Assembly: GCA_963422395.1 (NCBI GenBank) | Contig: OY729431.1 | Coordinates: forward strand, 224,001 to 288,000 | Direction of reading: 5' to 3' | DNA from: Vicinamibacteria bacterium | GTDB taxonomy: Bacteria > Acidobacteriota > Vicinamibacteria > Marinacidobacterales > Marinacidobacteraceae | DNA length: 64,000 bases | In this document: positions 28,301 to 37,126 of the stretch, one piece after another | Layout: the number at the start of each line of letters is the position of its first letter | Numbering within the stretch: the first letter of the stretch is position 1 | Made by a program: the position numbers and the translations under genes | The notes under the pieces: generated by a model | The model's input: only the letters and a program-made list of their open reading frames with translations | Told to the model about the DNA's origin: nothing | Database searches by the model: none

Positions 28301-30046
28301 CGCTGGGTTCTCCAAGAGGAGTTCCCTGGTGCCGGAGGGCTGTTCGCTCAGGCTGCCCAATAGCTCGAGGGTGCTTTCGATTGCTTCGAGGTGCGTGGCT
28401 CCGGTGCCGTGCACCGTCTGAAATTCCTCCTGCAAGGCGTCGAGTCGGCCGATTCCGACCCGCAAGGCGTCGGTGAGCCGCTTGCGGTCCATCGGGCCGA
28501 GCCTTCGGCGGACGCCGCGCCACCGGTGCCCGCGCTCGCTGCCGTGTTCGCCGGTCCGCTCGGCCAGGGTGCGGACCGCCGCAGCGCGTTCTTCGAACTC
28601 GTCCCGGCTCCACCCCGCCGAGCCGGCAATGCGAAGGTCGGGCGGCGGACAGGCCTGCTCCGCGAGGGCGGCGAGCCGACCGAGAACTCGGTACGGCGTC
28701 TCGCCGGTCGTTTCGTCCACCCGGTGGAGCAGTGCCGAGAGCTGATTCAGCGCATCTCGGACCTGGCGCAAGCGCGCGTACTCGTGCTTCCCCACCTCGG
28801 CAGGTCTTCCCAGATCGAGCGTCCGCTTGAGGTCTTCATAGACCAGCCGCCGGTTGGCCTTGTGCGAATGCAGCTCCAGGCAGAGCGGTCCCAGGCCGCA
28901 GCGAACCAACCGGTCGTGGACGACATCGAGTGCGGCGCGCTTCTCGGCCACGAACAGGACCCGCTTTCCGTCCAGTACGGCGCCGGCGATCATGTTGGCG
29001 ATAGTCTGGGATTTGCCGGTGCCTGGGGGGCCCTGCACGACCAGATTTCGACCCTTGCGGGCGGCGGCGAGGACCTGGGTCTGTGAGGTGTCGGCGTCGA
29101 GGATGTGCCCGAGCTCCTTGATGTCCGGGAATCGCCGGTCGAGATTTTCATCTGCGGCGAAGAGGCTGGCGCCGGGCTCGAACCCGGTGCCGCCGAGCAG
29201 CTGTTCCATTCCGCTTCCCGCGCTGTCCGGATTGAGGTTCTCGGGATCGAGGTCCCGCCACATCAGGAACTTGGCGAAGGAGTAGAAGCTCAGCTCCATG
29301 GTGTTCGGAAGTACGCGCCAGCGCTTTTGCGGCGATACCGCGCTCGCGACCCGTTCGAAGTAATCGGACGGCAGCCATTCGTCGTTCTCCGGGAGGTCCG
29401 GCAGCTTCAGTCCGAAGTCGTTCGTGAGCTTGGCGCCGAGCGACAGGTTCGGTTCGAGGTCCTGATCCCGGCGGGTCAGCCGGAATCTCCCTTTGGCATT
29501 GCTCCGTTCGATGTCCACCGGCAGCAGGATCAGCGGCGCGTGCCTGGCGAGCTCCGAGGAATCGCTCTCGTACCAGCGCAGGAAGCCCAGCGCCAGGAAC
29601 AGCACGCTGACTCCCTGTTCCTCTTCGACCTCCCGGGCGCTGCGGTACAGATTCAGGAGCCGCTTCTGGAGTCGGTCGGGCGTCAGCCGCGTCTGGAGGA
29701 TCCGGTCCACATGGTGCGCGGCAGGGGGTGTGCTCTCGCCCTGACCGTTCGGTAGATAGACATCCTCCTCATCTTCGTCGGAGGAGGCCGCCGGGGCTTC
29801 GTCCTGACTCGGCGCGAAGCGCATCTGCTTGCCCTGGAGGTGGAGGATCTCGAAGATCTCGTCGGAGAGCTCGTCCACGACCGCCAGCTGTCTGCCGCGG
29901 TCCTTTCCGACCGGAGAGTGGATCAGCCGGTTGCGAAGCGAGATGTCGAGGAGCTTTTCGCGTAGCTTTTCAAGCGCCGCCGCGGTCTCGGGACTCGGTT
30001 GCTCAGCCGTTACCGAACCCCCCTTCGATTCGCCCGCCGCCATCAC
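25310..30046 (-). CDS. DUF4011 / SF1 helicase / Vsr-like nuclease / DUF3320 protein (Hhe-type antiphage architecture)
   Basis: KLLDISLRNRL, LFLALGFLRW, GPPGTGKSQT, LLIDEASQ, VGDQKQLPP, ENVQGDERD, DSPFEEAV..IDLAV..VECDG..HRIWSTDW, EGPVHEDEV. Confidence 0.88.
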   Translation of the reverse strand: MMAAGESKGGSVTAEQPSPETAAALEKLREKLLDISLRNRLIHSPVGKDRGRQLAVVDELSDEIFEILHLQGKQMRFAPSQDEAPAASSDEDEEDVYLPNGQGESTPPAAHHVDRILQTRLTPDRLQKRLLNLYRSAREVEEEQGVSVLFLALGFLRWYESDSSELARHAPLILLPVDIERSNAKGRFRLTRRDQDLEPNLSLGAKLTNDFGLKLPDLPENDEWLPSDYFERVASAVSPQKRWRVLPNTMELSFYSFAKFLMWRDLDPENLNPDSAGSGMEQLLGGTGFEPGASLFAADENLDRRFPDIKELGHILDADTSQTQVLAAARKGRNLVVQGPPGTGKSQTIANMIAGAVLDGKRVLFVAEKRAALDVVHDRLVRCGLGPLCLELHSHKANRRLVYEDLKRTLDLGRPAEVGKHEYARLRQVRDALNQLSALLHRVDETTGETPYRVLGRLAALAEQACPPPDLRIAGSAGWSRDEFEERAAAVRTLAERTGEHGSERGHRWRGVRRRLGPMDRKRLTDALRVGIGRLDALQEEFQTVHGTGATHLEAIESTLELLGSLSEQPSGTRELLLENPALFSRLDRSITLCQTVHSFQSLRDGLRSEVTENALSQEWDEVRSRIAQSGKGWFRWFDAGYRDAAGQLRSAQRSADRKLDHRERLALLDRLLECRRSAEAIRQDDAPAGREIFGHSWSDEETKVETLLPALRWAAAQAERLGSAAAAREQLAAIPPKSALRSLAGRLQKALSAWPAAWDEIAALVELDLKETFGVENAEAIPLVTLRERLSSWAADPQGAEDWHRLSAAARGVSELGLDEFREHLAEGRLSVEHAGQTLEWVRAEAVWNRLRAGEPQLDSIDGEDRTRKVEEFKALDRKLLDLTAGQVALKHFQALPLGAAGQIGLVRRELAKKKRHLKLRQLLDDAGEAVAAIKPVFLMSPLSIAQYLKPGRLTFDLLLIDEASQVRPADAMGAVMRCRQLVVVGDQKQLPPTSFFDREVAVEEDDEDPYAVQAGDMESILSLCEARGMPGGMLRWHYRSQHPSLIAVSNHEFYEDRLVFPPSPRSSGDRTGLSFVPVNGVYERGRSRRNPEEAEAVAEAVLVHAREHPGETLGVVALSVAQRDAIRNRMEFRRAEFSELEAFCREGEDEAFFVKNLENVQGDERDVIFISIGYGKDEDGYFSQNFGPVSSEGGERRLNVLFTRARKSCRVFASIRHDDIRLDTARRAGPRVLKRYLQYAETGEMDIPIPTGGEPDSPFEEAVASALQSHGYRVAAQVGSAGFRIDLAVYDPDDAGRFLLAVECDGARYHSSNWARERDRLRQSVLEQKGWTFHRIWSTDWFYGRDRELEKLLEAIERTRTGGASAGSGAAPPPQTPVVRSEGAPGRSLDLRPYRESDFVIPESGGCELWEAEPACLERHVAQIVEVEGPVHEDEVVRRLCSLWGYRRTGSRIRSSVEAAIRRAVEMRRIHWNGGEADRFLHRRVEDQEVPVRDRRAVGSAGLRKVERLPPAEVRTAILLAVERSVGISAPECADEVARIFDLRPGRDMRALVEQMAAQLVAAGRLERRANELRCC

Positions 30047-30094
30047 CGGGCGATTCTACGGGCGAGGAGCCCAGCGCCCTCGCGTCGGCCGGCG

Positions 30095-31666
30095 CTATGC
30101 CGGTCGGTCCACCCGGACTCCGTGCTGGGTTCCGGCGGCCACCCGGATTCCGGTTGCCCACCGCTCTTCGTCGGTCTTCTCCTCGACGGTCGGGACGAAG
30201 AACCAGTCGTTCTGGACGCGCTCGGGGGTGAGGTCGAGGATGCAGTAACCGCGATGGAACGCCTCGCCGAACTTCATATGCGGGTTGGCGCCGAGAATCT
30301 CCTGCACTCGCGGGACGATCGCCTCCTCGCTGCCGAGCTGGCGGAGCAGCGAGCTCGGCGAGGACACTGCGGTCGTGACGAAGTCCACCCCGTACGAGCC
30401 GGCGCCGGTCTCCCGGTCGTATCCCGAGAAGGGATCGCGGGGCAGGTCCATCCCCCATGACTGGTGAACATCCCCGGTGAGGACCACGAGGTCGCCGATC
30501 CGCTCGCGCTCGAGAAAGTCGAAGAGACGGTTGCGGCTCGCGCGGTAGCCGTCCCACTGGTCGGGGTTTTGCGGCTTGCCGCCGGAGTCGAGCATCGGCC
30601 CCATCATCACCTGCTGGCCGAGCACTCGCCAGCGCACGCTCGCCGACCGGGCCGCAGCGAGCTCGCCGTAGAGCCACTGCTCCTGCCGCGCCCCGAGCAG
30701 CGAACGCCCGGGGTGCGCCATCCCCTCTGCATCGCCCCATTCCGCCTGGCGCGAACGCCCGATCAGCCGGGTGTCCAGCATGATGAGATCGAGCAGCTTG
30801 CCGAAGCGGAAGGTCCGGTAGGTGCGCTGGCTGGGCCAGGGCTCGGGCTCGCGTATCGGCATCCATTCGAAGTACGCCCGGACCGCGGCTTCCCGGCGAA
30901 GGAACCAGTCGCCTTCCTCCTCTTCCGGTTGGTGGTTCTGCGCCCCATCGGTCCAGGCGTTGTTCGTGATCTCGTGGTCGTCCCAGACGCAGAGGAACGG
31001 ATGCTGGCGGTGGACTTCCTGCAAGTCGGGATCGGACTTGTACTGGGCGTGCCGTGTCCGGTAATCGGCGAGGGTGGTGATCTCCTTGTTCGGCATCGGC
31101 GCCCGTCCGAACCGGGTCCCGTCGCCGTAGTCCCGGTTGGGGTACTCGTAGAGGTAGTCCCCGAGGTGGAGCACGGCGTCGAGATCCGGGCGTTCGGCGA
31201 TGCGGCGGTACACATGGAAGTAGCCGAAGGGCAGGTTGGAGCAGGAGACGAAGGCGAGCCGGGCGTGCTTCGGGTTGGGTGGCAGGGTCTTCGTCCGGCC
31301 CACCGGCGACCGTTCCCCGAGGGCCTCGAAGCGGTAGTGCCAGGTAGCCCCGGGGGTCAGCCCCGGCGCCGTCACCTTGACGGTGTAATCCCGCTCCGGC
31401 CCGGTCGCGGTCTCTCCGGCAGCGACCACTTCCCGAAGTCCGGGGTCGCGCGCGACCTGCCAGTGCACGGCCACCCGGTCATCGGACGAACCCGAGACCC
31501 GCGTCCAGAGCAGCACCCGGTCGGCGAGCGGATCGCCGCTCGCCACCCCGTGCCGGAACACTCGTTCCTGCCCGAGCACCGGGAACGCTCGAACGAGCGG
31601 CAGGCCGCCCGCGGCGGCGGCCGCCCGCGCGGAGTGGGTGAGGAAGTGTCTGCGATCCATCGTCAT
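30095..31666 (-). CDS. phoD: Alkaline phosphatase D, Tat-exported
   Basis: DRRHFL Tat motif; HGVASGDP, HLGDYLYEY, WDDHE, DQWDGY, TGDVH. Confidence 0.93.
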   Translation of the reverse strand: MTMDRRHFLTHSARAAAAAGGLPLVRAFPVLGQERVFRHGVASGDPLADRVLLWTRVSGSSDDRVAVHWQVARDPGLREVVAAGETATGPERDYTVKVTAPGLTPGATWHYRFEALGERSPVGRTKTLPPNPKHARLAFVSCSNLPFGYFHVYRRIAERPDLDAVLHLGDYLYEYPNRDYGDGTRFGRAPMPNKEITTLADYRTRHAQYKSDPDLQEVHRQHPFLCVWDDHEITNNAWTDGAQNHQPEEEEGDWFLRREAAVRAYFEWMPIREPEPWPSQRTYRTFRFGKLLDLIMLDTRLIGRSRQAEWGDAEGMAHPGRSLLGARQEQWLYGELAAARSASVRWRVLGQQVMMGPMLDSGGKPQNPDQWDGYRASRNRLFDFLERERIGDLVVLTGDVHQSWGMDLPRDPFSGYDRETGAGSYGVDFVTTAVSSPSSLLRQLGSEEAIVPRVQEILGANPHMKFGEAFHRGYCILDLTPERVQNDWFFVPTVEEKTDEERWATGIRVAAGTQHGVRVDRPA

Positions 31667-31687
31667 GGTGCGGGCGATGCGGCTTCG

Positions 31688-34159
31688 TTATCGGCTCTGC
31701 CGGTCCGTGGTCGTCTCTCGGTGCGACGGGGCGTTCTTCACATGACGCTCCAGCCATTCTTGCTGTTCCCAGAGGGTGTGCAGCACCGACTCGCGGGCGG
31801 CGTAGCCGTGGCTCTCGTGGGGGAGCATCACCAGGCGCGCTAACGCTCCGTGGCCTTTCAGCGCGTGGAAGAAGCGGCGGCTCTGGATCGGGAAGGTGCC
31901 GGAGTTGTTGTCGGCGGCGCCGTGGATCAGCAGGATCGGCTCGTTCACCTTTTGGGCGTGCATGAAGGGGGACATACGGAAATAGATCTCCGGGGCCTGC
32001 CAGAAAGTGCGCTGTTCGCTCTGGAAACCGAAGGGGGTGAGCGTGCGGTTGAACGCCCCGCTGCGGGCGATCCCGGCGCGGAAGATATCGGAATGAGCCA
32101 GCAGATTGGCAGTCATGAAGGCGCCGTAGGAATGACCGGCGATGGCGGTCCGGTCCGGGTCCGCCACCCCGCGGCGGGCTGCTTCGTCCACCGCCGCCTG
32201 CGCGCTCGCCACCAGCTGTTCGACATACCGGTCGTTCGGTTCTTCGTCGCCCTCGCCGATGATCGGCATCGTGGCGTTCTCCATGACCGCATATCCCTGG
32301 GTCAGCCAGTAGAGCGCCGAACCCCAGCTCACGAAGCTGAACCGCTGCGGCGAGTCCCGGACCTGGGCGGCGGCCGCCGCGCTCTTGTACTCGCGGGGGT
32401 AGGCCCAGACCAGGAGCGGCAGCCGGCCGTCGCGCTCCGGGTCGTAGCCCGGCGGGGTGTGGAGAAGCGCGGTCAGTTCCACTCCGTCGCTCCGCTGGTA
32501 GCGGATCAGTTCCCGGCCGGAGCCTTCGAGGCCGGGGTAGGGATGGGAGAAATCGGTGATGGCGCGCATCTCTCCCTCCGCGGCACCGAGGTTCCGCAGG
32601 AAGTAGTTCGGCGGCGTGGTCCGGGTCTCCCGGCGGGTGAGCAGGAGGCCCGCTTCGGGGTCGAGGAGCGCCAGCGGAGTCTCGTAGGAATCCGCCGCCG
32701 ACCGGAAGAGCCGCCGGGTGGTGCCGGATTCGAGGTCCCATTCGTCCACGAAGGGCCGATTCCCTTCCGGCGACGCCCCTTCGGCGGTGAGATACGCCTT
32801 GGTGCCGTCCGCCGAGGTCACGAGCACCCGCGCGCCTCGCTCGTTCACCGTGGTCATGGGCATTCCCGGCGCGGCGTAGCGGTCTTCGTAGGAAGTGTCG
32901 AAGGCGAGGCTGGCTTCCCCGGCCCCCGCCGGCGGGATCCGCCAGATCTGCTCGGCGCGGGTCTGCCACCAGCGGCTGATCGCCACTCCGCGCCCGCCGC
33001 CGAACACCGACCCGGTGAGGCGGAGGGGGGCCTGCAGCAGCACTTCGGGATCGCCGTCGAAGGGAGCGGCGAGCTGCCGCAGTTCGTCGCGGGTCGAAGC
33101 CTCGGCGCGCGGATCGCCCCCGTCCCGCGCTTCGGTCCAAACCAGGGTGGCGTCCTCGTCGCCCCGCCAGGCGACCGCCCGCGGCCCGGTGGGGGCGGCG
33201 TCGCGGCCGATCGGGATCTCCTCGTGGAGGGGCAGTTCCGCGATCTCGCGGATAAGCGTTCCGCTCCGGTCCCGAACCTCGATCCGGTGCGGAAACCGCG
33301 AATACGGGACGAGCCAGGAGAACGGCTCGATGACCTCGGTGACCAGCAGGTAGGCGCCGTCGGGAGAAGGGAGGAAGCCCTCGATGATTCCGGGGCCGGC
33401 GACCGCGGCGGCGGCTCCGGAAAGGTCCACGATCACCGCCCGGGACGCTCCGTAGTAGCGGAAGAGCGCGTTGTCGTGGGAGCTCTGGAGAAGATCCTGG
33501 TAGGTCCGCACCGGGGCCGCCCGCCCGGTCGTCTCCTGGATCACCGGGGTTGCCGGAACTCCCGGGGCCTCGGGTGGGGCGCCGCGGCCGGAGTCCACGA
33601 CCCGCACCGCGAGGCGCGCGCTATCGCCGAACCACCGATAGGGCATTCCCCGGAAGATCGCGTTCACTCCGTCGAGGAGGCGGGACGCCTTCCCGCTCTC
33701 GGCCTCGACGACCCACAATTCCACTCCGTCGTCACCCGTATGGGTGAACGCGAAACGCTGCCCGTCCGGGGACCAGCTCAGATGGTCGCCCCGGAGCGGA
33801 TCCGGCAGGCCGGTGATCTCCTGCGCTCCGCCGTCACCGGCGAGCGGTTCGAGGGTGATCTCCCGGAAGACCCGCCGCCGGCTCGCCGCGTTCGCCGCCG
33901 GGTCGATCCGAAGCCCAGCGAGCCGCAGCTCCTCCCGCGAGAGCTCGGCGAGCGGGACCAGGCTCGACCGATGGAGGAGGACGGCGCTTCGGCGGTCCGG
34001 AGAAACCTGGATTCCCGGCGTGGGCGGCGCCTCGGCGATCCGGGAGATCGCTTCGGGGGGTGTCCGGTACCCCTGTGCAGCCGCCGAGACCGCGAATTCG
34101 GGAACGAATCCGGAGGAGAGAGCGGCGGCGAGGGCAGCGAGGACGGAGCGGTGGCGCAT
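31688..34159 (-). CDS. S9 prolyl-oligopeptidase-family peptidase, exported
   Basis: GHSYG nucleophile elbow, DNNSGT, ESHGY; signal peptide; GAAGGAG RBS. Confidence 0.92.
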   Translation of the reverse strand: MRHRSVLAALAAALSSGFVPEFAVSAAAQGYRTPPEAISRIAEAPPTPGIQVSPDRRSAVLLHRSSLVPLAELSREELRLAGLRIDPAANAASRRRVFREITLEPLAGDGGAQEITGLPDPLRGDHLSWSPDGQRFAFTHTGDDGVELWVVEAESGKASRLLDGVNAIFRGMPYRWFGDSARLAVRVVDSGRGAPPEAPGVPATPVIQETTGRAAPVRTYQDLLQSSHDNALFRYYGASRAVIVDLSGAAAAVAGPGIIEGFLPSPDGAYLLVTEVIEPFSWLVPYSRFPHRIEVRDRSGTLIREIAELPLHEEIPIGRDAAPTGPRAVAWRGDEDATLVWTEARDGGDPRAEASTRDELRQLAAPFDGDPEVLLQAPLRLTGSVFGGGRGVAISRWWQTRAEQIWRIPPAGAGEASLAFDTSYEDRYAAPGMPMTTVNERGARVLVTSADGTKAYLTAEGASPEGNRPFVDEWDLESGTTRRLFRSAADSYETPLALLDPEAGLLLTRRETRTTPPNYFLRNLGAAEGEMRAITDFSHPYPGLEGSGRELIRYQRSDGVELTALLHTPPGYDPERDGRLPLLVWAYPREYKSAAAAAQVRDSPQRFSFVSWGSALYWLTQGYAVMENATMPIIGEGDEEPNDRYVEQLVASAQAAVDEAARRGVADPDRTAIAGHSYGAFMTANLLAHSDIFRAGIARSGAFNRTLTPFGFQSEQRTFWQAPEIYFRMSPFMHAQKVNEPILLIHGAADNNSGTFPIQSRRFFHALKGHGALARLVMLPHESHGYAARESVLHTLWEQQEWLERHVKNAPSHRETTTDRQSR

Positions 34160-34300
34160 CGGGATTCTCCTTCGGCGGTGGAAGCCCCCCATCGTATGCG
34201 CCGCTCCGGCGCTGGGCGAACCCGATCCGAGCCGACGGTGCACCGTCTCCGCCGAGAACGGGTCCGCTCTCGGCGCTCACGCCGCTTCAACCACGGACTG

Positions 34301-35518
34301 CTAACCGGTGAGGCCGAAGACGCGGGCCAATTGGACCAGTGAGAGCCCGGAGATGACCAGCACCACGAGCGCTCCCAGCACATTCGCGAGCCCCGAATTG
34401 TGATAGCGGCCCATGATCCTCCGGCGGTTCGCCGCGAGGAGCAGCAGCACCAGGACCAGCGGAAGCACGATCCCGTTTCCGGCCTGGGCGAGCAGGATGA
34501 TCTGGTAAGGCGATCCCCCGAGGAAGATTCCGCAGCACATCCCGGTCGAGAGCACGAAACCCCAGAGCAACCGGAAACGGACGCTCTTCAGGTCCGTTCC
34601 GAGGCCCAGCGCCCCGCCGACGGCGTAGGCAGCGGCGAGCGGTGCGGTGATGGCCGAGGTGAGCCCGGCGGCGAAGAGCCCGACCCCGAAGAACACCGGG
34701 GCCGCCCGCCCGAGGAGCGGTTCGAGGCGCGCCGCCACGGTGGCGGCGTCGGCGGCGTCGGCGCCCTGGCCGAGCAGCGGAGCGGCGGCGACCACCACGG
34801 CCGCGGTGATGAGGCCGCCGAGCGCCACGGAGAACAGCGTGTCCCGCCGGCTCTCCCGGATGTTCTTTTCGATCCGCTGCGGGTCCGGCCATCGTTCGAG
34901 GGCGGTGCTCGCGTGGAGGAAGAGGTTGTAGGAAACGACGGTGGTGCCGATCAGTGCCATCACGGTGAGCAGCGCTCCCGCAGGGATCCGCGGAATCAGC
35001 AATCCGGCGAACACCTCCCCGAGATTCGGGGCGGTGAGCACCGCGACCAGGCAGAAGACGACGCTCATGAGCCCCACGAGCGCGGCCAGCGCGTTCTGGA
35101 TCGTCCGGTAGGTTCCGGTCAGCAGCAGGGCTCCGGCGAAGCTGCCGACGATCAGCACCAGCAGCCCGGCCGGCAGGCCGGTCAGCAGTTCGAGCCCCAG
35201 CGAGGCGCCGAGCAGGTTGCCGGTCTGGAACGCCGCGTTGCCGATCAGGATCGTCGCCGCGATGAGCGCGAGCGCCGCCGCCCGAATCCCCGGGCTCGCC
35301 AGGCTGTCGCGGATGGCCTCGGCGAGCCCGCGCCGGCCGGCGAGGCCCACCCGCGCCGCCATGTTCTGGAGGATGACGGTGGCGGCCACCGAGAACAGCA
35401 CCGCCCAGAGCAGGGCGGTTCCATATCCAGCGCCCGCGCGGCTCGCGGTGACGATCGTTCCCGGTCCGATGAAGGCGGCGGTGACCAGGAAACCCGGCCC
35501 GACGCGAAAACGGCTCAT
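34301..35518 (-). CDS. Nramp-family divalent metal transporter
   Basis: GPGFLVTAAFIGPGT, GNAAFQTGN, IGTTVVSYNLFLH; about 11 TM helices. Confidence 0.85.
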   Translation of the reverse strand: MSRFRVGPGFLVTAAFIGPGTIVTASRAGAGYGTALLWAVLFSVAATVILQNMAARVGLAGRRGLAEAIRDSLASPGIRAAALALIAATILIGNAAFQTGNLLGASLGLELLTGLPAGLLVLIVGSFAGALLLTGTYRTIQNALAALVGLMSVVFCLVAVLTAPNLGEVFAGLLIPRIPAGALLTVMALIGTTVVSYNLFLHASTALERWPDPQRIEKNIRESRRDTLFSVALGGLITAAVVVAAAPLLGQGADAADAATVAARLEPLLGRAAPVFFGVGLFAAGLTSAITAPLAAAYAVGGALGLGTDLKSVRFRLLWGFVLSTGMCCGIFLGGSPYQIILLAQAGNGIVLPLVLVLLLLAANRRRIMGRYHNSGLANVLGALVVLVISGLSLVQLARVFGLTG

Positions 35519-35541
35519 GGTGCTGCCTCTGCCATCGCCCG

Positions 35542-37122
35542 CTACCTTTTCAGGTCTTCTCCCACCGCGCGCGCGGCGTTTCTTCCGGAGACTCCGTGGA
35601 GGCCCCCGTAGGGATAGGTCCCCGGCCCGGCGAGGTAGAGCCCGGAGATCGGGGTCCGGTGGCGCGCGAACCCCGGGACCGGTCGGAGCGAATACAGCTG
35701 GTCGAGGGTCGGCTCGCCCTGGTGGAAGCTCCCCTCGGTGAGGCCGAAGCCGCTTTCGAGCGTGCCCGGAGGAAGTACTCGCGCCGCGCTGACGAGCTCG
35801 GCGATCTCCGGAAACGCGCTCCCGAGGGCGCGAATCGTCCTCTCGAGCACCTCGGTCTCGCTGTTCTCCCGCCCGTAGGGCACGCTCTGGACGGTGGCCG
35901 CGAGCACGGCGCCGCCCTCCGGCGCGAGCCCGGCAGCGTGGACCGACGGGAAAAAGGCGAAGACCGTCGGACGCTCGGCGATCTCTCGGTACTTCGCCGC
36001 GTCGGCAGCGCGTTCGAGGCTGTCCATTTCTCCGCCGATCTGGATCACGCCTCCGAGGCGGGGGTCGGACTCCGGCACGTTTTCTTCGGCGTCGAGGAAA
36101 CGGGGCAGCCGCGAGAGCGCGAGTCCCACCCGCGCGGCGGCGCCGCGGTAGCGGATGTTGCGGGCCTCGTGGACGAACTCCGGCGGGAGCTGCGCCGCGC
36201 CGGTCCAGCGAAGCAGGGTGGTCTTCGGTGAAGCGTCCGAAAGAACCGTCCGGCAGCGAACCGTCCTCCCGTCGGCGAGTTCGATTCCGGCAGCTTTTCC
36301 GCCCGGCCCCAGGAGGATGCGCCGCACGCCCCCGGATTCGGACTCGAACTGTGCTCCGGCGGCGCGCGCTGCTTCCCGAAGGGCTTCCCCCACGGCAGCG
36401 GTGCCGCCGCGCGGAGGGAGGATCCAGTGGAGGGGCGCCGGCTGGCCGAAGGCGTGGAAATGGAGGAACAGGCCGGCGGTCCCGGGCGCCCGCGGGCCGA
36501 GCCGGGTCCCGGTGAGCGCTGGCCCGGCGAGTGCGGCTTTCAGCGGCCCGCTCTCGAACCAGTCGTCGAGCAGGTCGCGGACCGCCATCGGCAGGACGCG
36601 CAGCAGACGGGCCAGACCCCGGCCGCCCAGCCCCCAGGCGGCGAGGGCGGCGGGCAGCGTGTTCTCGAAGGATGAATCGAGCGAGAGCGGCGGCTGCTCC
36701 AGCAACCGGCGGAGAAATCCCGCGAGGGCTCCGAGTTCGCCGGCGAATTCAGGGAAGCGCGCAGCGTCCCGCGTCGAGATTTCGGCGATGGCGCGGCACG
36801 CTGCCTCCGGGCGCCGGGGGAGTGCGAACGGTTCGCCGCCGCCGTGCCCGACGACCGTCAGCACCGGATCGGTGTCGAGGAACTCGAGGCCGTATCGGTC
36901 GAGCGCGAGCCGGCCGGCGACCTCCGGATCGAACGACGGCATCGTCTCGGGCGCCACCGGAAAACAGAACCCCGGCGCGATCCGCGCATTCGCGGCGATT
37001 CCTCCCGGCTGACCGCGTTCTCCCACCACCAGCACCGAATGTCCGGAAAGCGCGAGGAAGGCCGCCGCCGCCAGCGCGTCCGGCCCGCCGCCGATCGCGC
37101 AGACATCGCAGGAGGAGCGCAT
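35542..37122 (-). CDS. Phytoene-desaturase-like FAD oxidoreductase (paralogue 2)
   Basis: IGGGPDALAAA Rossmann variant, FGLTEGSFHQGE, TPISGLYLAGPGTYPYGG. Confidence 0.85.
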   Translation of the reverse strand: MRSSCDVCAIGGGPDALAAAAFLALSGHSVLVVGERGQPGGIAANARIAPGFCFPVAPETMPSFDPEVAGRLALDRYGLEFLDTDPVLTVVGHGGGEPFALPRRPEAACRAIAEISTRDAARFPEFAGELGALAGFLRRLLEQPPLSLDSSFENTLPAALAAWGLGGRGLARLLRVLPMAVRDLLDDWFESGPLKAALAGPALTGTRLGPRAPGTAGLFLHFHAFGQPAPLHWILPPRGGTAAVGEALREAARAAGAQFESESGGVRRILLGPGGKAAGIELADGRTVRCRTVLSDASPKTTLLRWTGAAQLPPEFVHEARNIRYRGAAARVGLALSRLPRFLDAEENVPESDPRLGGVIQIGGEMDSLERAADAAKYREIAERPTVFAFFPSVHAAGLAPEGGAVLAATVQSVPYGRENSETEVLERTIRALGSAFPEIAELVSAARVLPPGTLESGFGLTEGSFHQGEPTLDQLYSLRPVPGFARHRTPISGLYLAGPGTYPYGGLHGVSGRNAARAVGEDLKR

Positions 37123-37126
37123 CGGA

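Noticed and set aside
25364-28363. 999-aa plus-strand ORF
   Set aside because: Antisense shadow of the helicase-nuclease gene with no recognisable motifs. The same applies to 31850-34342, 49566-51983 and 56639-59140.
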